A stretch of 64,000 nucleotides of DNA. Origin: Octopus vulgaris. Lineage: Eukaryota. Every line of letters starts with the position of its first letter. The first letter of the stretch is position 1. The position numbers were made by a program, and so were the translations under genes. The stretch spans positions 54,312,001-54,376,000 of the forward strand of contig OX597825.1 in the NCBI GenBank assembly GCA_951406725.2, read 5' to 3'. Positions 39,503 to 54,507 of this stretch are shown here, one piece after another. The notes under the pieces were generated by a model that searched no databases, had not been told where the DNA came from, and worked only from the letters and a program-made list of their open reading frames with translations.

Positions 39503-40854
39503 ATATGAAGAGTAAGTAGTAGGAATAGGGGAACTGTTAGACAGATATAATATATGTATTGCTTCCGTCACTCTCTTCTACTTTTCGCTTTTCCTTTTTA
39601 CCTCCAACCTTGACCCGTTACTATAAACATCAGAAAATCTATTATATTGATAGTTGAAATAAATGAAAATTCTTTGTAAAGAAAGTGCATATTGTGTTGG
39701 TGGTGTTAGTGTTGGTCGAAGTGGTAGTTGTGGCGCTAAGACTATGTAGCAACGCCATGCCAGATGTGCACATGCTGTGAAGTTATAAGTTTAGACAGCA
39801 TCTGAAATGAAAAGCTCTGGGATTAGTTTCAGATATCTAGACTATTAACCTCACCTTTATATTTCTTATTTGTCTCTTCATTTCGCTTCAATGGAGGATG
39901 TTCGTGTACATATAAGTTCTCTATTTAGATTTAAACAACTCGTAATGCCCGCAGTTTATGTACGCGTAAAGTGGAAAAACAATGGATGAAGTGTTGTTTA
40001 TACCTTATATTCTATCTAAATAAATTCTGCTATCCTTCTTTGCATTATTATTTTTGATAATAATTGGCAATATGGTTATAATTTCTATTGTACCAGAAAT
40101 ATTTGCCTCAAAAACATGCGTATGCTTGCCTGATTTCGCTATATATACACAGAGCTCCTCGTTCGCGTATAGATTAAAAACACACTTGCAAAATCCATTT
40201 AGCCATAAGAAATATCATATACCACTAAATATTGTCGACTATTGCCCTGGAATCTCTCTAAGGTGTACCTGGTTGACTATATAGATGGTGATATAACGTA
40301 AGCTTGTAATTAGCTATCATACATACAAAACATGTCAGCAGAAAAATACAGGGAAGGCGAAAAGTAAATGAGAAGTGCTGCTGTTAAAAATATTCAGAAA
40401 TTAATGAACATAAGTGTACCGGGATATATCTGTCACTGATGGAGGAGTACTGATGACGTGCAGGAGTTTTGAAAGAGGGAATACTCGATGAAATACACAT
40501 ATTCCAAAAATAAATTCAGCAGTCAAATACCAGAACATAAAAACAATAATCCAATGTTAATATGTAGCGCAAGAGTCATGCTACAAAGTGCGGCGTGCAG
40601 TAGCAACTGTAAAGAATGTAATGGTAGAAGCATGCCTCACAAATGGTGGACACCAATATTCAGAACTCCCGCTGTATAGTTTATTTGACGTTGAATAGGA
40701 TTACAATGTGCATTAGTCATGGGCTTAGAGATTCATACTTTTACCGAAGACTTAGTAGCTGAGTGACACCAAATACTTTTTAAAATAATATGTATTGAAT
40801 ATACAAGTGTATGTGTGCGTGTGTGTGTATGTGTGCGTGTGTGTATCTATGCAT

Positions 40855-41225
40855 AGGCGCAGAGGTGGCTGTGCGATAAGAACTTTGCTTCTCCTCTATA
40901 GTTCCGGGTAAAGTCTCACTGCATGTCAACTTCGGCGAATGTCTGCTAAGATAAACCCGGACCGACCAAACACATTGTCAGTTGATATGGGAGACAGGAG
41001 CTGAAATATACTCGTCGTATATGTACATAGTATGTGTGTGTGTGTGTGTGTGTGTGTGTTAGTTTGTTGGTTTGTTACGTTTCCCTAACTTAGGGTTCGA
41101 CCAAAGACCCCGATTAATCAGTACCAGCTTTTGAAATGTAAATTCTAAGGTATATTCTTTCTACTACAATCCTTCAAGTTAGTGCTCTAGCATGACCACA
41201 ATCCAATGACTGAAACACGTAAAAG
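40855..41225 (+). mobile_element. SINE family B with tail, degenerate
   Basis: gtggctgtgcgataagaactttgct..gttccggg..gaccgaccaaa..; tail aatgactgaaacacgtaaaaga. Confidence 0.7.
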
Positions 41226-41987
41226 ACAAAACAAAGAAGATAAAGATATGTGTATTTTCGTATGTATTTGTACATATATATGTGTATTCATACACACATG
41301 CATACATACATACATACATACATACATACATACATACATACATACATACATACATACCCACACAGATGTTCGGATGGATGGATGGATGGATGGTAATTGG
41401 ATATGTGTATACGTATATGTCTCTTATTTTTCGTGTAACTGTATGGAATACGACTAAACCTAACAATCTCAGAAATTACAATTCACACACCCTTCACACC
41501 TTTTTACTAGACACTTTAATACATTTTCTGAATATCTTCATTACTTACAGCGTAACACAAACTGATGCAGTACAGAAAATGTAAACAACGGTCGCAAGTA
41601 AACCAAATACGTTTACGTGCTCTTTAGCTTTCATCTTCTTTGTGGTTGTTGTTGGTCTTGTTCGATTCTGTTATGCTTTTGTTTCACTTTTACCCGCAAT
41701 TAAATATTTAACAATGAATTTATCCATAATCCTTCAAATACGTATTCACCCATTGCCTTAATCCTTGGAATAGAATTTTTCTCATGAACTGTGCGAGACC
41801 ATTAATAATGTAGAAAGAATCCATTGTCAATTTTTCGTGAAGCACAGCATTTCTCAGGGAGAAACTCTGTAAAATACGGCATCTTACTCAAAATGCTTTC
41901 TTTTTCTGTATTAAAAGCCTACCTGTGTAGGGTAAGGGCAGATATTTTATTGTTTTGGCGTAGATATTTTGCTCATCAGTAATCCTA

Positions 41988-42185
41988 GACAGTGGCGAGC
42001 TGTCAGAATCGTTAGCACGCCAGAATCGTTAGCATTTCGTCAATCCTTATGTTCTGAATTCAAATTCCGCCCAGGCCGACTTTGCTTTTCATCCTTTGGA
42101 TGTCGAGGAAATAAGTACCAGTCCAATCGATGTGACTCAGGACCCCAAAATTGCTGGCTTTGTGCCAAAATTTCAAATCAATATG
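41988..42185 (+). mobile_element. SINE family A
   Basis: ggcgagctgtcagaatcgttagcacgcc..gttctgaattcaaattccgcc..ccgactttgcttttcatccttt. Confidence 0.85.
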
Positions 42186-42334
42186 CTAACATCTTCTGTG
42201 GATGTGGATGCGTCACATGAGAGCAAAACGTTTGACAATTTGGAGCTGACTCGAGCTGTTCTCAAATATATAAGACACTAACCGAATGCTTTGAGTACTA
42301 CTTTGGTTCTTTCATTCAGTGATGCATCTATTTA

Positions 42335-42383
<49 letters not shown>

Positions 42384-42696
42384 GGGGGGAGAGAGGGAGA
42401 GAGGGAGAGAGAGGGAGAGAGAGTGACAGGTGTATGTTTGTACATCTATACATACTCATAAGTGTGTGTGAATATGTAGGTGTATAGATTTGTGTGTGTT
42501 CAGTACAGAATACAAAAAAATTATGGGTTTTCATTTAGCATTGGTTTCCTAATATTTGCAAAGAAAAAATGTAATTGAATTATTTCAATATGTGTATATA
42601 TATATAAATATATATATGCGTGTGTGTGTGTGTGCGTGCATAAAACTGTGAAGTTGTTTTTCGTGCCAGTACCCTGAAGATAAATGGTGGTATAAC

Positions 42697-42763
<67 letters not shown>

Positions 42764-42764
42764 G

Positions 42765-42813
<49 letters not shown>

Positions 42814-43459
42814 GTATGTATGTATATATATATATATATTCAAGTACATGTATGTATTATATATGTATATATATATATATGTATATGTATGCCTATATAT
42901 ATATATATATATATATATAAGTTTGAATAAATGTATATATGTCACACATAGTTATGACATATGCACTAGCACACAATAGTCAGGCAAATAATTTGTCGGT
43001 TGTTGAGAGCTAAATTTTCATTTTATGTTGGTTCCTCTATTTATATTTATCCTGCGTATGTGTATATGTGTGATGTTTGGCTGTCCGTTTTACTCTTTGT
43101 CTGTCTGCATATGTGGTTATGTCTATATGATTATACGTACATATATAAACATACATACATACACACACGTGTGTGTGTGTTTGTATGTGTGTGTCTGTGT
43201 GTTGGTATGTCTGTGTCTGTGAGTCTGTTTTTATTTGTTGAAATGTCTATTTGGTTGTGTGATTATATCTGTTTTTAATACCGAACGGGAAATGAAGTAT
43301 TCAATAAAAGAAAGGAGTGCGATTGTTTATCTAGACCGATCCCTTAGTCTATTACTTTTAGTCTTAACTGATGTGTCGTTGGCAGTCTTCTTCCTCCCCG
43401 AAGAGCTGCCTTCTCGGGCAAACACCAAAGTGACTGGACAATAGATTGGCCAAAATATA

Positions 43460-43885
43460 TTCTTTTCTACTGTAGGCACAAGGCCTGAAATGTTTGGGGG
43501 AGGGGACCACTCGATGAGATCGACCCAGTACGCAACTGGTACTTAATTTATCGACCCCGAAAAGATGAAGTCCACCTCGGCTGAATTTGAACTCAGAACG
43601 TAAAGACAGACGAATTAACACTAAGCATTTCACTCAGCGTTCTAACGTTTCTTATTTCTTTATTGCCCACAAAGGGCTAAACATAGAGGGGACAAACAAG
43701 GACAGACAAAGGGATTAAGTCGATTACATCGACCCCAGTGCGTAACTGGTACTTAATTTATCGACCCCGAAATGATGAAAGGCAAAGTCGACCTCGGCGG
43801 AATTTGAACTCAGACCGTTACGGCAGACGAAATACAGCTCAGCATTTCACCCGGCGCGCCAACGTTTCTGCCAGCTCGCTGCCTT
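43460..43885 (-). mobile_element. Two tandem SINE family A copies, the second well preserved
   Basis: tcgaccccagtgcgtaactggtacttaatttatcgacccc..aaggcaaagtcgacctcggcggaatttgaactcaga..tctgccagctcgctgcc. Confidence 0.9.
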
Positions 43886-43965
43886 ATTGGCCCAAATATA
43901 TCACGTGCGTGTTTGTGTGTAACGAATCCAACCAATATTGTTGGATAAGATATTTGTTTGAAATC

Positions 43966-44045
43966 TTACCTGAAGATAGTGATTTATATGTTATGATGTA
44001 GTCCATGCAAACATCAATACAACTCTACCGAAACAGCTGTAGTGA
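43966..44045 (+). ncRNA. Type-I hammerhead ribozyme motif with intact core
   Basis: ttac-CTGAAGA-(about 53 nt, imperfect stem II)-GAAA-cagctg-TA-gtga; stem I ttac/gtga; palindromic stem III. Confidence 0.65.
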
Positions 44046-44937
44046 TCTTTAACACCCATTTCTCTGCCTACGTTGCACCGAAAACCAACCCTGAATAGAA
44101 TGGATTTAGAATATCCTACCAACACCACGTACGTTCATTTTTGTCTTACCTCACTTTGAAACGTAAGTTATTGTACCTGCTATCTCTGGCGTTCTAAGTG
44201 TTGATGTACTTAGATTCTTTTGAATCCTATTACTAATCCACACACACACATGCAAACACATATATATTAATGTATACAGGTATGTTTGTTTTTTTTGCGC
44301 CTGCGCACATATGTGTGTGTGTGTAATCTCAATCGTTCACCGACGTGGACTCAGATGTATCTTTCCACTTAATTGCTCCTGAATAAACGCATAATAGAAT
44401 GAGCCTTGCAGAAACACTTTTCTGGTAGATTAGGTGTAACACTGTCTGAAAGTGGAGTACAAACCACGATTCAGGCTTCCACTCAACTTCCGTCTACACG
44501 TTTTCACTCACAATGACATTTACTCAAGATTCGACTTCGACTTTACGAAGTCAATCTTTTCAAATAGTCAGCTTCAATAAGCCTACATTATGCGCGTGTG
44601 TGAAGTATGTTTGTGTATGTGTGTCTGTGTGTGTGCGCGTGTGCATGTGTGTGTGTATGTGTATGTGTGATCTAAGTTTTCAAGTATTAACTACCTTACT
44701 CACGGACACAGATTGAGGCCACGTACGTGCAAAACACTGAACTCCTATTTGTCTATCGATTCGACATTTCTACATTTGAAATTGTATGATAAACAAAAAC
44801 AAAATTACATTTTTAAGAAGTTCATCCCTTATAAGACATAAGCGTTAATATAAGAGGAACATTATTATTGAGATACAAAACTTTTCGGTCTTACGTCAAT
44901 TAATCTTAAATCGATTCCCATCATATCAGATACTTAC

Positions 44938-45150
44938 AGGACAGTGAGCTGGCAGAATCGTTAGTACGTTTGGCAAAATACTCAATGATTTCAGATTTGT
45001 TCTGATTTCAGATTCTGCCAAAGTCGGGTTTGCCTTTCATCCTTTTCGGGTTGTTAAAATAATTGCCAGTTAAACACTAGGGTTTATATAATCGACTTAC
45101 TCTCCCCAGGAGTTTACTGGCCTTGGGCTAAAACTTGAAACCAATATTAG
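44938..45150 (+). mobile_element. SINE family A
   Basis: gtgagctggcagaatcgttagtacg..tttgcctttcatcctttt. Confidence 0.8.
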
Positions 45151-46149
45151 ATGCTTATTGTTGTAAAAATTCTGTGAACATGCTGAAGTCGCGATGCTCC
45201 TGTGTTTGAACTCGCAGTTCCTTGTTTCCTAAAAATGCCCAAAATATGTTTTGGAGAGTGGTTATAGTGAATTGTAAGAAGAAAATCTCAATTACTTGAC
45301 AGGTGTCTAATTTAATGGCATTGAATTATGAATGTTGACTCTGAGAATATCTCATTTGGAAAGCTAGAAAAATGAAACTGAATATTGTAAAAAAAAAATT
45401 ATTTGTCGCTCTCTTGTTTGCATAACTCCAACGTTTTCCTCCTGTAGAATATTTATTGATTTCTTGCTAATGCACAAGGCCACTTACTTTTGATCTGATT
45501 ACGTCACTGATACACATGTTAGGAGGAGGAGGATCTCAATAAAATCACAAGACACAACATAAAATGTTGACTGCAAGGCATTCAGTCGGTGGCTCTGTCA
45601 TCTCCGCGGTTCATTTGACCGCTGCAAACCCGCTCACACGTCATCATTTATCTTCTGTTGCGCCGGGCGTCAGGCTGAAATGTTTCAAACACAATTTACA
45701 GATATTTCTGTATAGATTCTCATTGAAATTACATGAATCTCAGATTTCACTTAACGCCCCTGACACATAAATTGACACCATCACCGTTGTAACAATCACG
45801 TCGTTTCTATCACTGTTTGTGTTTATAATGAAGAATGTGTAAAGCTTTAGATGAACGACAGTAGCTCGATGTGTTAACACTTTAAATTGGTAGTAATTTC
45901 AAGTTCCACAAACACTTCAATACTTCACCGGTTGATATACCTTAATTAACAAATTAAAGCAACCAAATCTCAGTTGCCAATATAACCTGTAATGCAGTTA
46001 GCTGCAGAAACTTAGTTGTTGCGCATATGCCACAAATAATGCATCTTTTCAGTTGTATTGTTAGGTAAAAGACATTTTTCGATAGCTCCAAAAACTAACT
46101 TGTCTTCAGTTACCAAAACTGAATTATAAAATCTTCAAACCCGACAAAT

Positions 46150-46950
46150 CTACGTATGTATACGAAACATTCCTCTCTATATGTCAGCCTAAACGTGTTT
46201 TCTTCTTTATATTTATACCAAGTACAGATATGTCCAAAAGTTCGGACAGTTCTAGATGTAAATCATTATTTCCAAATATGTCCAAAGATATTAACTGTTA
46301 TGTACAAAAAATTATCTTCTTGATATATCCTCCAAACTTTAACTCTTCAGAAAAAAATGTAACAAGTTTGACCTTGCTGGTTTCAGAGGACTAGATCGCG
46401 CTGATCAGAAAGAAATAATGCTAAAATTGTCCGTGATGTCAGAAATACGTTAATTCTGCGTATCAGTCGAAGATTTTTTATTTCTTTCGGAGTTATTCTC
46501 GCTTTGTAAGTTGCTTCGGCTGAAACAGTGCTAAATAACTTTTTGTAAATATCTGTCTAATGTAAATGATGTAAGAAAATATCCGTTATACTCACATTTA
46601 TTTACATTTTGCATATCAAACTTTTCATCGTAGCACAGTTTTCTTCGAGATTAAGGCAGTTCCAAAACCATTTCTGTTGCACCTCACAAATTTTAATCAT
46701 GCTGTTGCAAAACTTCATCTGTTCTGGGAATGACTTTAAATGTTCGACCGCAAGTTGCAAAACAATTCTAAGACTAGCCCCTAATTTTGTACTTTTCACA
46801 GTGATTGCAATGTCGTAAATTTTTATCGACAACAGTAGAGCAATCAAATGAAATTTTATCACTGCAGTCTTATTTTCTCTATCACTCAATATGGGAAACA
46901 ATGAATATTTCCGTCTAAAACGATTTTCCAGAAGGCATTAACAGTGCGAG
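46150..46950 (-). mobile_element. Highly decayed Tc1/mariner (rosa/DD41D-like) relic
   Basis: EQMKFCNSMIKI..FWNCLN resembles RxEFCNWM..F.N.I.FSDE; SARSSPLKP resembles PARSPDLxP. Confidence 0.35.
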
Positions 46951-47777
46951 TTATAACACGGTGCCCTACTTCGACTCCAGAGATTTTATAATTACTGTAT
47001 TTGGATGTATAGCGAATATTTAAGAAAATAACGTGCAAAGAAATTCGTTCAATCTAACCTCGAAAGAGGATCAGGATATTGTTTCTTTAAACATATGTAT
47101 TTTATTACTACTTACTCATTAAAAAGGGCGATTAGGTTAATGGCGATTTCCTTAAAGCAATGATTTGGACACTACAAGAGAGCCGAGGGATATTGTGTAT
47201 TATTCACATACACTTTTAGTGATTCCCATCAACAAATGGTAGTCATGCCATCGGAGGATAACAAATATAAAATCATACTGATAAACTTAATTCTGTCAGA
47301 AAGCGTATCCCATGTTCGAGATTATAACCATATCTTTTCGAACCTATATTTTGCTAATTAGTCTGTCTTTATATGCTCCCCTCATTCTCACCCACCTCTC
47401 ATGTCATTCACATACGTACATGCACAAACATGTGTGCGTGTATATGTGCGTGTGTGGACGCGCGCGTGCTTCTGTGCGTATATATGTATTATATTGTAGA
47501 ATGTAAGGAGCAACTTATAATCAAACAAGAAAACTGGCCTGAATACATAGGGCGTCTTTAAACACACCGGATCACTCTTTCAGGCTATCATCTATGAACC
47601 GGGGAAGTCTCCTCGTCTCATCTGGAGATTTTAATCGACTGAAAGCTATGGTAGAAAACACTTGTCCCAACTGTCTCGAGGTGGAATTGAACCCAAAATT
47701 TCACGTGAAATGAATCATACACGTGAAATGAATCATACAGTCAGGATGTATATGGAAATGTGCAGTAAATGGCAAGC

Positions 47778-47830
<53 letters not shown>

Positions 47831-47917
47831 GGAAAGTTTTCGAAAAAGCAAAAGAAAAAGACAGGTGGTGTACAAAACGAACAGATGTATTAGTATAGCA
47901 CTCAGGAATAGAACAAG

Positions 47918-47955
47918 TATTTTACGTTTCGAGCCTACGCTCTTCTACAGAAAGG
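47918..47955 (-). ncRNA. Minimal hammerhead-like motif (A6 mutated) in probable PLE remnant 47830-48010
   Basis: Reverse complement ttt-CTGTAGA-a-gagc-gtag-gctc-GAAA-cg-TA-aaa. Confidence 0.55.
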
Positions 47956-48108
47956 TACACAGAAAAAACAAGGAGAGAAAAAATGTGTGTAGTGGCTAAC
48001 GATCTATACATAGTAATATATATATATATGGGTGTGTGTAATGCTGTGTATATGTGTGTTTGTGTGCATATATATATATATGCGCACGTACGTACTTATA
48101 TATATGTA

Positions 48109-48188
48109 ACAAACGTACACATGCAAACATGCCTACACATCCTCACTCTTATATATAGACAAACACACGCATACGCGAATATACATAC

Positions 48189-48245
<57 letters not shown>

Positions 48246-48316
48246 CATACATATATATACATGCATACATAAGCATGCACACGTACTCTCACTCAAACAT
48301 GCGCACATATATACAC
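48109..48316 (+). repeat. About 210-bp segment duplicated at 50137-50360
   Basis: acaaacgtacacatgcaaacatgcctacacat and acatgcatacataagcatgca.acgtactctcactcaaacatgcgcac occur at both sites. Confidence 0.85.
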
Positions 48317-48387
48317 ACATATATATTCATGTGGTTGTATTTTATGCGCGCGCGTGTGCGCATATGATTGCGTGTATGTATGAACTG

Positions 48388-48538
<151 letters not shown>

Positions 48539-49054
48539 GTCTTACTATAGAAATACGAAGGGAGGCATAGATAAACATCTACTCCGAGAAATATAATACA
48601 TCGAATATTTTAATAGAACAAACTTACCTATTTGCGTTTAGATATTTAATAAAGGGAAAAACTTTCTTGAAGGAGAGCTCTCTAAATAGGAGACCATGTT
48701 TTGTATTACTCTCCGTTTGTCTTCTTTTGTCTTCGTTTGTGTTGCCTCAATAAACTTATTTCTCTCAAATATGTTACTAAGCATTAACTATGATGAAAAT
48801 CGTTTTTTGTCATTCTGATGCCAAACTGGCTTTAGCTATTGTAGGTTTTTCTATATACCACAGAGAGTTACCATAACAACATTTATCTGCAGTACTTTGG
48901 AAATGTAGCAATATGAAAACCGATGAAACGCTTTCTTAAATCCTTTAAGAATACCGTTAGATTTTACATAAATACACATGCACATATATCTTTTATACAC
49001 ACACACACACACACACACATATCTATAGAGAGAGAGAGGGGCAACGGAACAAAG

Positions 49055-49143
<89 letters not shown>

Positions 49144-50245
49144 TAGGTAGATAGATATATACATTTTTTTTTTATATATATATATAGTCTCATATACAAT
49201 GGTTTTAATTCTAGATTCTTTTTTTATTATTTTCTCGTCTTTGAAAGAAAAATAGCTTTTTCATACGTACTGGTGGAATATATTGGTTGCCTAAAGAAGA
49301 TTGGGAAGACAGATATTTTTGAATGACTTTCTAAATTCTAAGAGTATAGAAATATCGTTTCAGGTTTGTTTCGCAGAGGTATGTGACTGGTTTAAACAAT
49401 GGTTAAACCATTGTAACACATGCTTTGTCCTACAATTCAATATGCATAAATATAAAATATGCCAAATATACACGGGCATTTAATTTTGATTCTATAATAG
49501 ACAGCTTAAATATATTTCATTAGCATGTGGCATTATTTAACGTTGGTTAAATCATGAACATACATCGAATGAATAGATATAACCATTATGTATAATATAA
49601 ATGCATCCGTTTCCAATATTTTCTTGCATAGACTTTTTAAAAGCATTATTCAATCGTACCAAACAATAAACTCTGAATTGCTAGCTCACCCTTGTGGAAA
49701 CACCAGCCAAATTTTCTTCAAACCTCACCTATCTTTAAAAAAGATAGGACACATTTTGAAATGTAATGCATTATAATATCACTGGATAAGAGATGGGATG
49801 ATTAGGGCCCGGAAATCTCTAGTCATGTATGGTTGGGTTCAGTACAGATATTTGGTTGCACAACAATGCTGCCAGCTATTCTTGTTAAACGCATAGATTT
49901 AATGTCATATTTCTTGTCACATTTAACATTTCGGCGATATACATGATATATGCGCGCGGTCGGTCATACTTCTAAACATACCACACAAATACACAAACAC
50001 ATACACACACACACACACTCACTCACACATTCATACACATGCAGACACTCACGCTCAGACACACATACCCACTGCCAGTCAAACGTTTCACTCTGATACA
50101 CAGATACGCTTCGCTATGCCACCCTGAAATACTCCCACAAACGTACACATGCAAACATGCCTACACATACACACTGTTATATATAGACAAACTCACACGC
50201 ATACGCGAATATACTTACATATATATATATATATGTACATATATT

Positions 50246-50306
<61 letters not shown>

Positions 50307-50537
50307 GCATACATAAGCATGCAAACGTACTCTCACTCAAACATGCGCACACATATACACCAACAGGCTCTTCTACATCACTCTCCTGTCACTAAAACAA
50401 CATCTAGATACGTTACTTCCGGTTAGTCAAAGTTCGGATATGGGAACCGAATCCATGAGCATTCTTTCCAGGCTCACTTCATTTTTATCTACTCTCCAGT
50501 GCTAGTTTTCTTCCTAGTCTCACCCGGGCTGTCCTCC

Positions 50538-50574
50538 ACTATCCGACAAAGTACTATATCCGAAACGTCATAGT
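50538..50574 (+). ncRNA. Minimal hammerhead-like motif with degenerate core
   Basis: actat-CCGACAA-agtactatatcc-GAAA-cg-TC-atagt; perfect 5-bp stem I. Confidence 0.55.
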
Positions 50575-51468
50575 ATTTTACTTAATTTTTTTATTTCCTC
50601 TTGAGCATCAACTTAATTATATTACCGATGAACGTCCCTTACTTTTTTGCTGTCTTCTTTTATTTTGTATTTGCATTGCATGTGTATGTGTATATGTGTT
50701 TATCACATATTTATATATTTATATATGTATATATACAGAGAGACAAAGAGAGAAGCAGGTACGTATGCATGTGTATAGGTTATTAGGGAGGGAGCTAGTA
50801 GGTAGGTAGGTAGGTAGGTAGGTAGGTATTTGAGAGGTACGCCTGTAGGTAAATATATATGTGTGTGTATATGTATGCATTGGTTCTTCTTTCAGAACGA
50901 ATAAAAAATATAGCTATATATGCGTGTGCGCGTGATTGTGCATGTGTGTATAAGCATGTAAGTGAGTGTGAATAGGTTATTGTATGCAATGTATCCTTCT
51001 GTGTACGTAGTAATGTATGTGATTATGTACGTAAGCATGAATAAATGGTATTAAATCTGGCTATTGAAATACATCATTAATGAAGTCATAAAACGTGTGT
51101 GTACGTGTGTGTGCGTGTATGTGCATACATACGTGAACACGTGTGAGATATGTAAGGGTAGATATATATGTGTGTGTATGCATATAATAAATACATACAC
51201 ATGGCTTGGATAAGCATTTAAGTATATTATATATAAATGTGCATGTATGTGTGTGTATACCTGTGTGTAAGTATTTGTGTACGTGTGAGTGTACGTGTGT
51301 GTGTGTTTGCATTTAAATTAGAAGGTGTGATTGTGTATGGCTATATATCTGTTTGAGCGTAGAATATAATTGTATGAACATATACACATTCCAATATACA
51401 TATATATGTGTGTGTGTTTATATATATACATATATAAATATGTACACACACATACATAATTATATATG

Positions 51469-51523
<55 letters not shown>

Positions 51524-51834
51524 TTATATATGTGTGTATGTATGTATGTACGTATGTATAGATGCAACTATATCCGATGTGGGAGGGAAGTGTAATTCTC
51601 ATATATATTGGCTGTTAATTTCCTGTGCAATATTCTCTGTAGTCCAGACAGACAATACAGGCAGGTGTACAGCTGACTACCCAACACAGCCAAAGTTCTT
51701 TCATTCTTCTCAACTACTTCGACAATTTAAATTTAGAGCACACAGCCATTCTTAAAGTAGTTCACATTCTATCGTTCTCCACTCCATCATTTCTCTGTAT
51801 CTTTTTCTCTCAATATATGCCATCACTCGCTCAC

Positions 51835-51909
<75 letters not shown>

Positions 51910-52054
51910 TCTTGCTTTTTCTGTATCTCTAACTCTCTCTCCTTCTCACCTCATCATACTCTGCCTTTCTTTCTTTTTCATTTCAAACATTCAATATACT
52001 GTTCCACCCCTCTTACGCTTTATCTATGTCTTTCTCTGTCTGTGTGTCTCTATG

Positions 52055-52120
<66 letters not shown>

Positions 52121-52137
52121 CATCTATCTATCTCTCA

Positions 52138-52191
<54 letters not shown>

Positions 52192-52208
52192 GTGTGTGGG
52201 TGTGTGTA

Positions 52209-52251
<43 letters not shown>

Positions 52252-52996
52252 CATATAGATAGATAAATAAATACACACACAGACACACACACAAACACAC
52301 ATATATACATATATATATTCTTTTCTTTCTTACTTTGACTATATATTTATCCATTTCGTACGCTCTTTGTCATTATCTATCCAGGCATTTCTCTCTTATT
52401 TCTTTGCAATTTTTCAGCAGTTATCTGTCTCACACTCTCTTTCTCCTCTTCTCTCACCTTTTCTCTCCCTCTCGCTTTTAATGTCTCCCCCTCTCTCTAG
52501 CTCTCCATCACTAACTCTCTCTCTCTCTCTCTCTCTCTCACTCACTCTCACCTTATTACCTTCTCTCCAAAACTTCCTCTCGCCCTTTCTCATATAAGAT
52601 TTAACAACATTAATCATCACTTTCTATCTTACTAAAATCTTCTCTCTCGCCATATGTACCACTCTCTCAACCTGTCTCACAAATTTTGAAGCTTTGAATC
52701 CTATTGCTAATTAGCGTCTCCAGTTAAATAGCTTAGAACAAAGTTATTTAGTTGGATGAACTAACTAACAGACTAATTGTATCTTATGTTTATCAATATA
52801 TGTTCGAATAACTAGCATTCATATAATGATTTAAATATATGAATATCTTAGGCACTAGATTTATCTTGGGATATTTATACCTTTCAGTTCCCAACTAGGA
52901 AGTTCCGTTTTAGATTCAGCTGATTTCTAGTATAGACTGGGGCATATGATTGTCTATCCTTCTACCTGTCTATCTATCTCTCTCTCTATCTCTCTA

Positions 52997-53027
<31 letters not shown>

Positions 53028-53028
53028 C

Positions 53029-53075
<47 letters not shown>

Positions 53076-53144
53076 TGAGAGAGAGAAAGAGAGAGACAGA
53101 CAGCCAGACAGAGGGAGTGGGAAAGAGATAGAGAGAGATATATA

Positions 53145-53224
<80 letters not shown>

Positions 53225-53399
53225 TATATGAATATATATGCATATATGTACGTCTGTGTATGTGTGTGTTATCTATTAGTACAGAAGGCTAATATTCTTT
53301 AAATTAGTAAAGCACTTCGCGTATTCTTATTTCAAGGTCTGAGGTTAAAATTTGTCACCATTTTCATATTGATGTACAAAACGAAGGCATAATTTATAC

Positions 53400-53435
<36 letters not shown>

Positions 53436-53991
53436 TCACACACACACGAATGGATACACACGTACATATATAATATATATACGTAAATATACCTATATAT
53501 ACATATATATATGTTGTGGGCATACAATTTTATTCATGCATACATAAATATTTATATACACATGCATATACATGTACGTGCGCGCGTATAAGTTTTGTAT
53601 ATGTATCGTGCTGTTGTGCTTTTCTGCACAGTTTCTCACCTGCCAATTTTGTAGTATTTTTCAAGCTCATGGATTTTAACTGAATGAAAGAGTACCAATT
53701 TACGTTTAAATTTATCAATTTTCTGATATAACTATTGTATTTTAGATCCTTGCTGTTCATATACCTGATGAAAGTGATTAAAAACATAACTAGTTAATTA
53801 GTACTACTTCGTATTCGTTTCACTATTTTTTCTCTTCGCCGAAGCTGGAGAGAAATATTTTCGAGGTTTTTCGTCGGTCTATGAACACACTCCGTCCTCG
53901 GTCATGCTGCATAGTGACGAGAGGTAACTGCTCTGTGATATCACTCGTATTAAAGATGCAACGTGCTCATAAAGAATAATAAAATGTGTAT

Positions 53992-54052
<61 letters not shown>

Positions 54053-54403
54053 TGTATGTATGTATGTATACATACCTACCTATGCACCGCTTCTCACAGC
54101 AGAAACAGCGAAAAGCCAGTAAGCTGATTATGTATCTCCTGTTTCCTTATCATTCCATTTATTTTATATTACGCTCTATACCCGCCTCACATTTGATGTT
54201 GAATCATATGTATATTGAACACTAGCAACACTTTATAAATATACATAAACACATATCGCACACTTTATATACACACCTTATTCATAAATATATATATAAA
54301 TATATATGTTAAGATAAGTCGACAGATATAGGACGAAAGCTAATAAGTGAGTAATAAGTGAGTTATTTCCAACTGTCAATCGATCTTATTATCCATATGT
54401 ATG

Positions 54404-54507
<104 letters not shown>

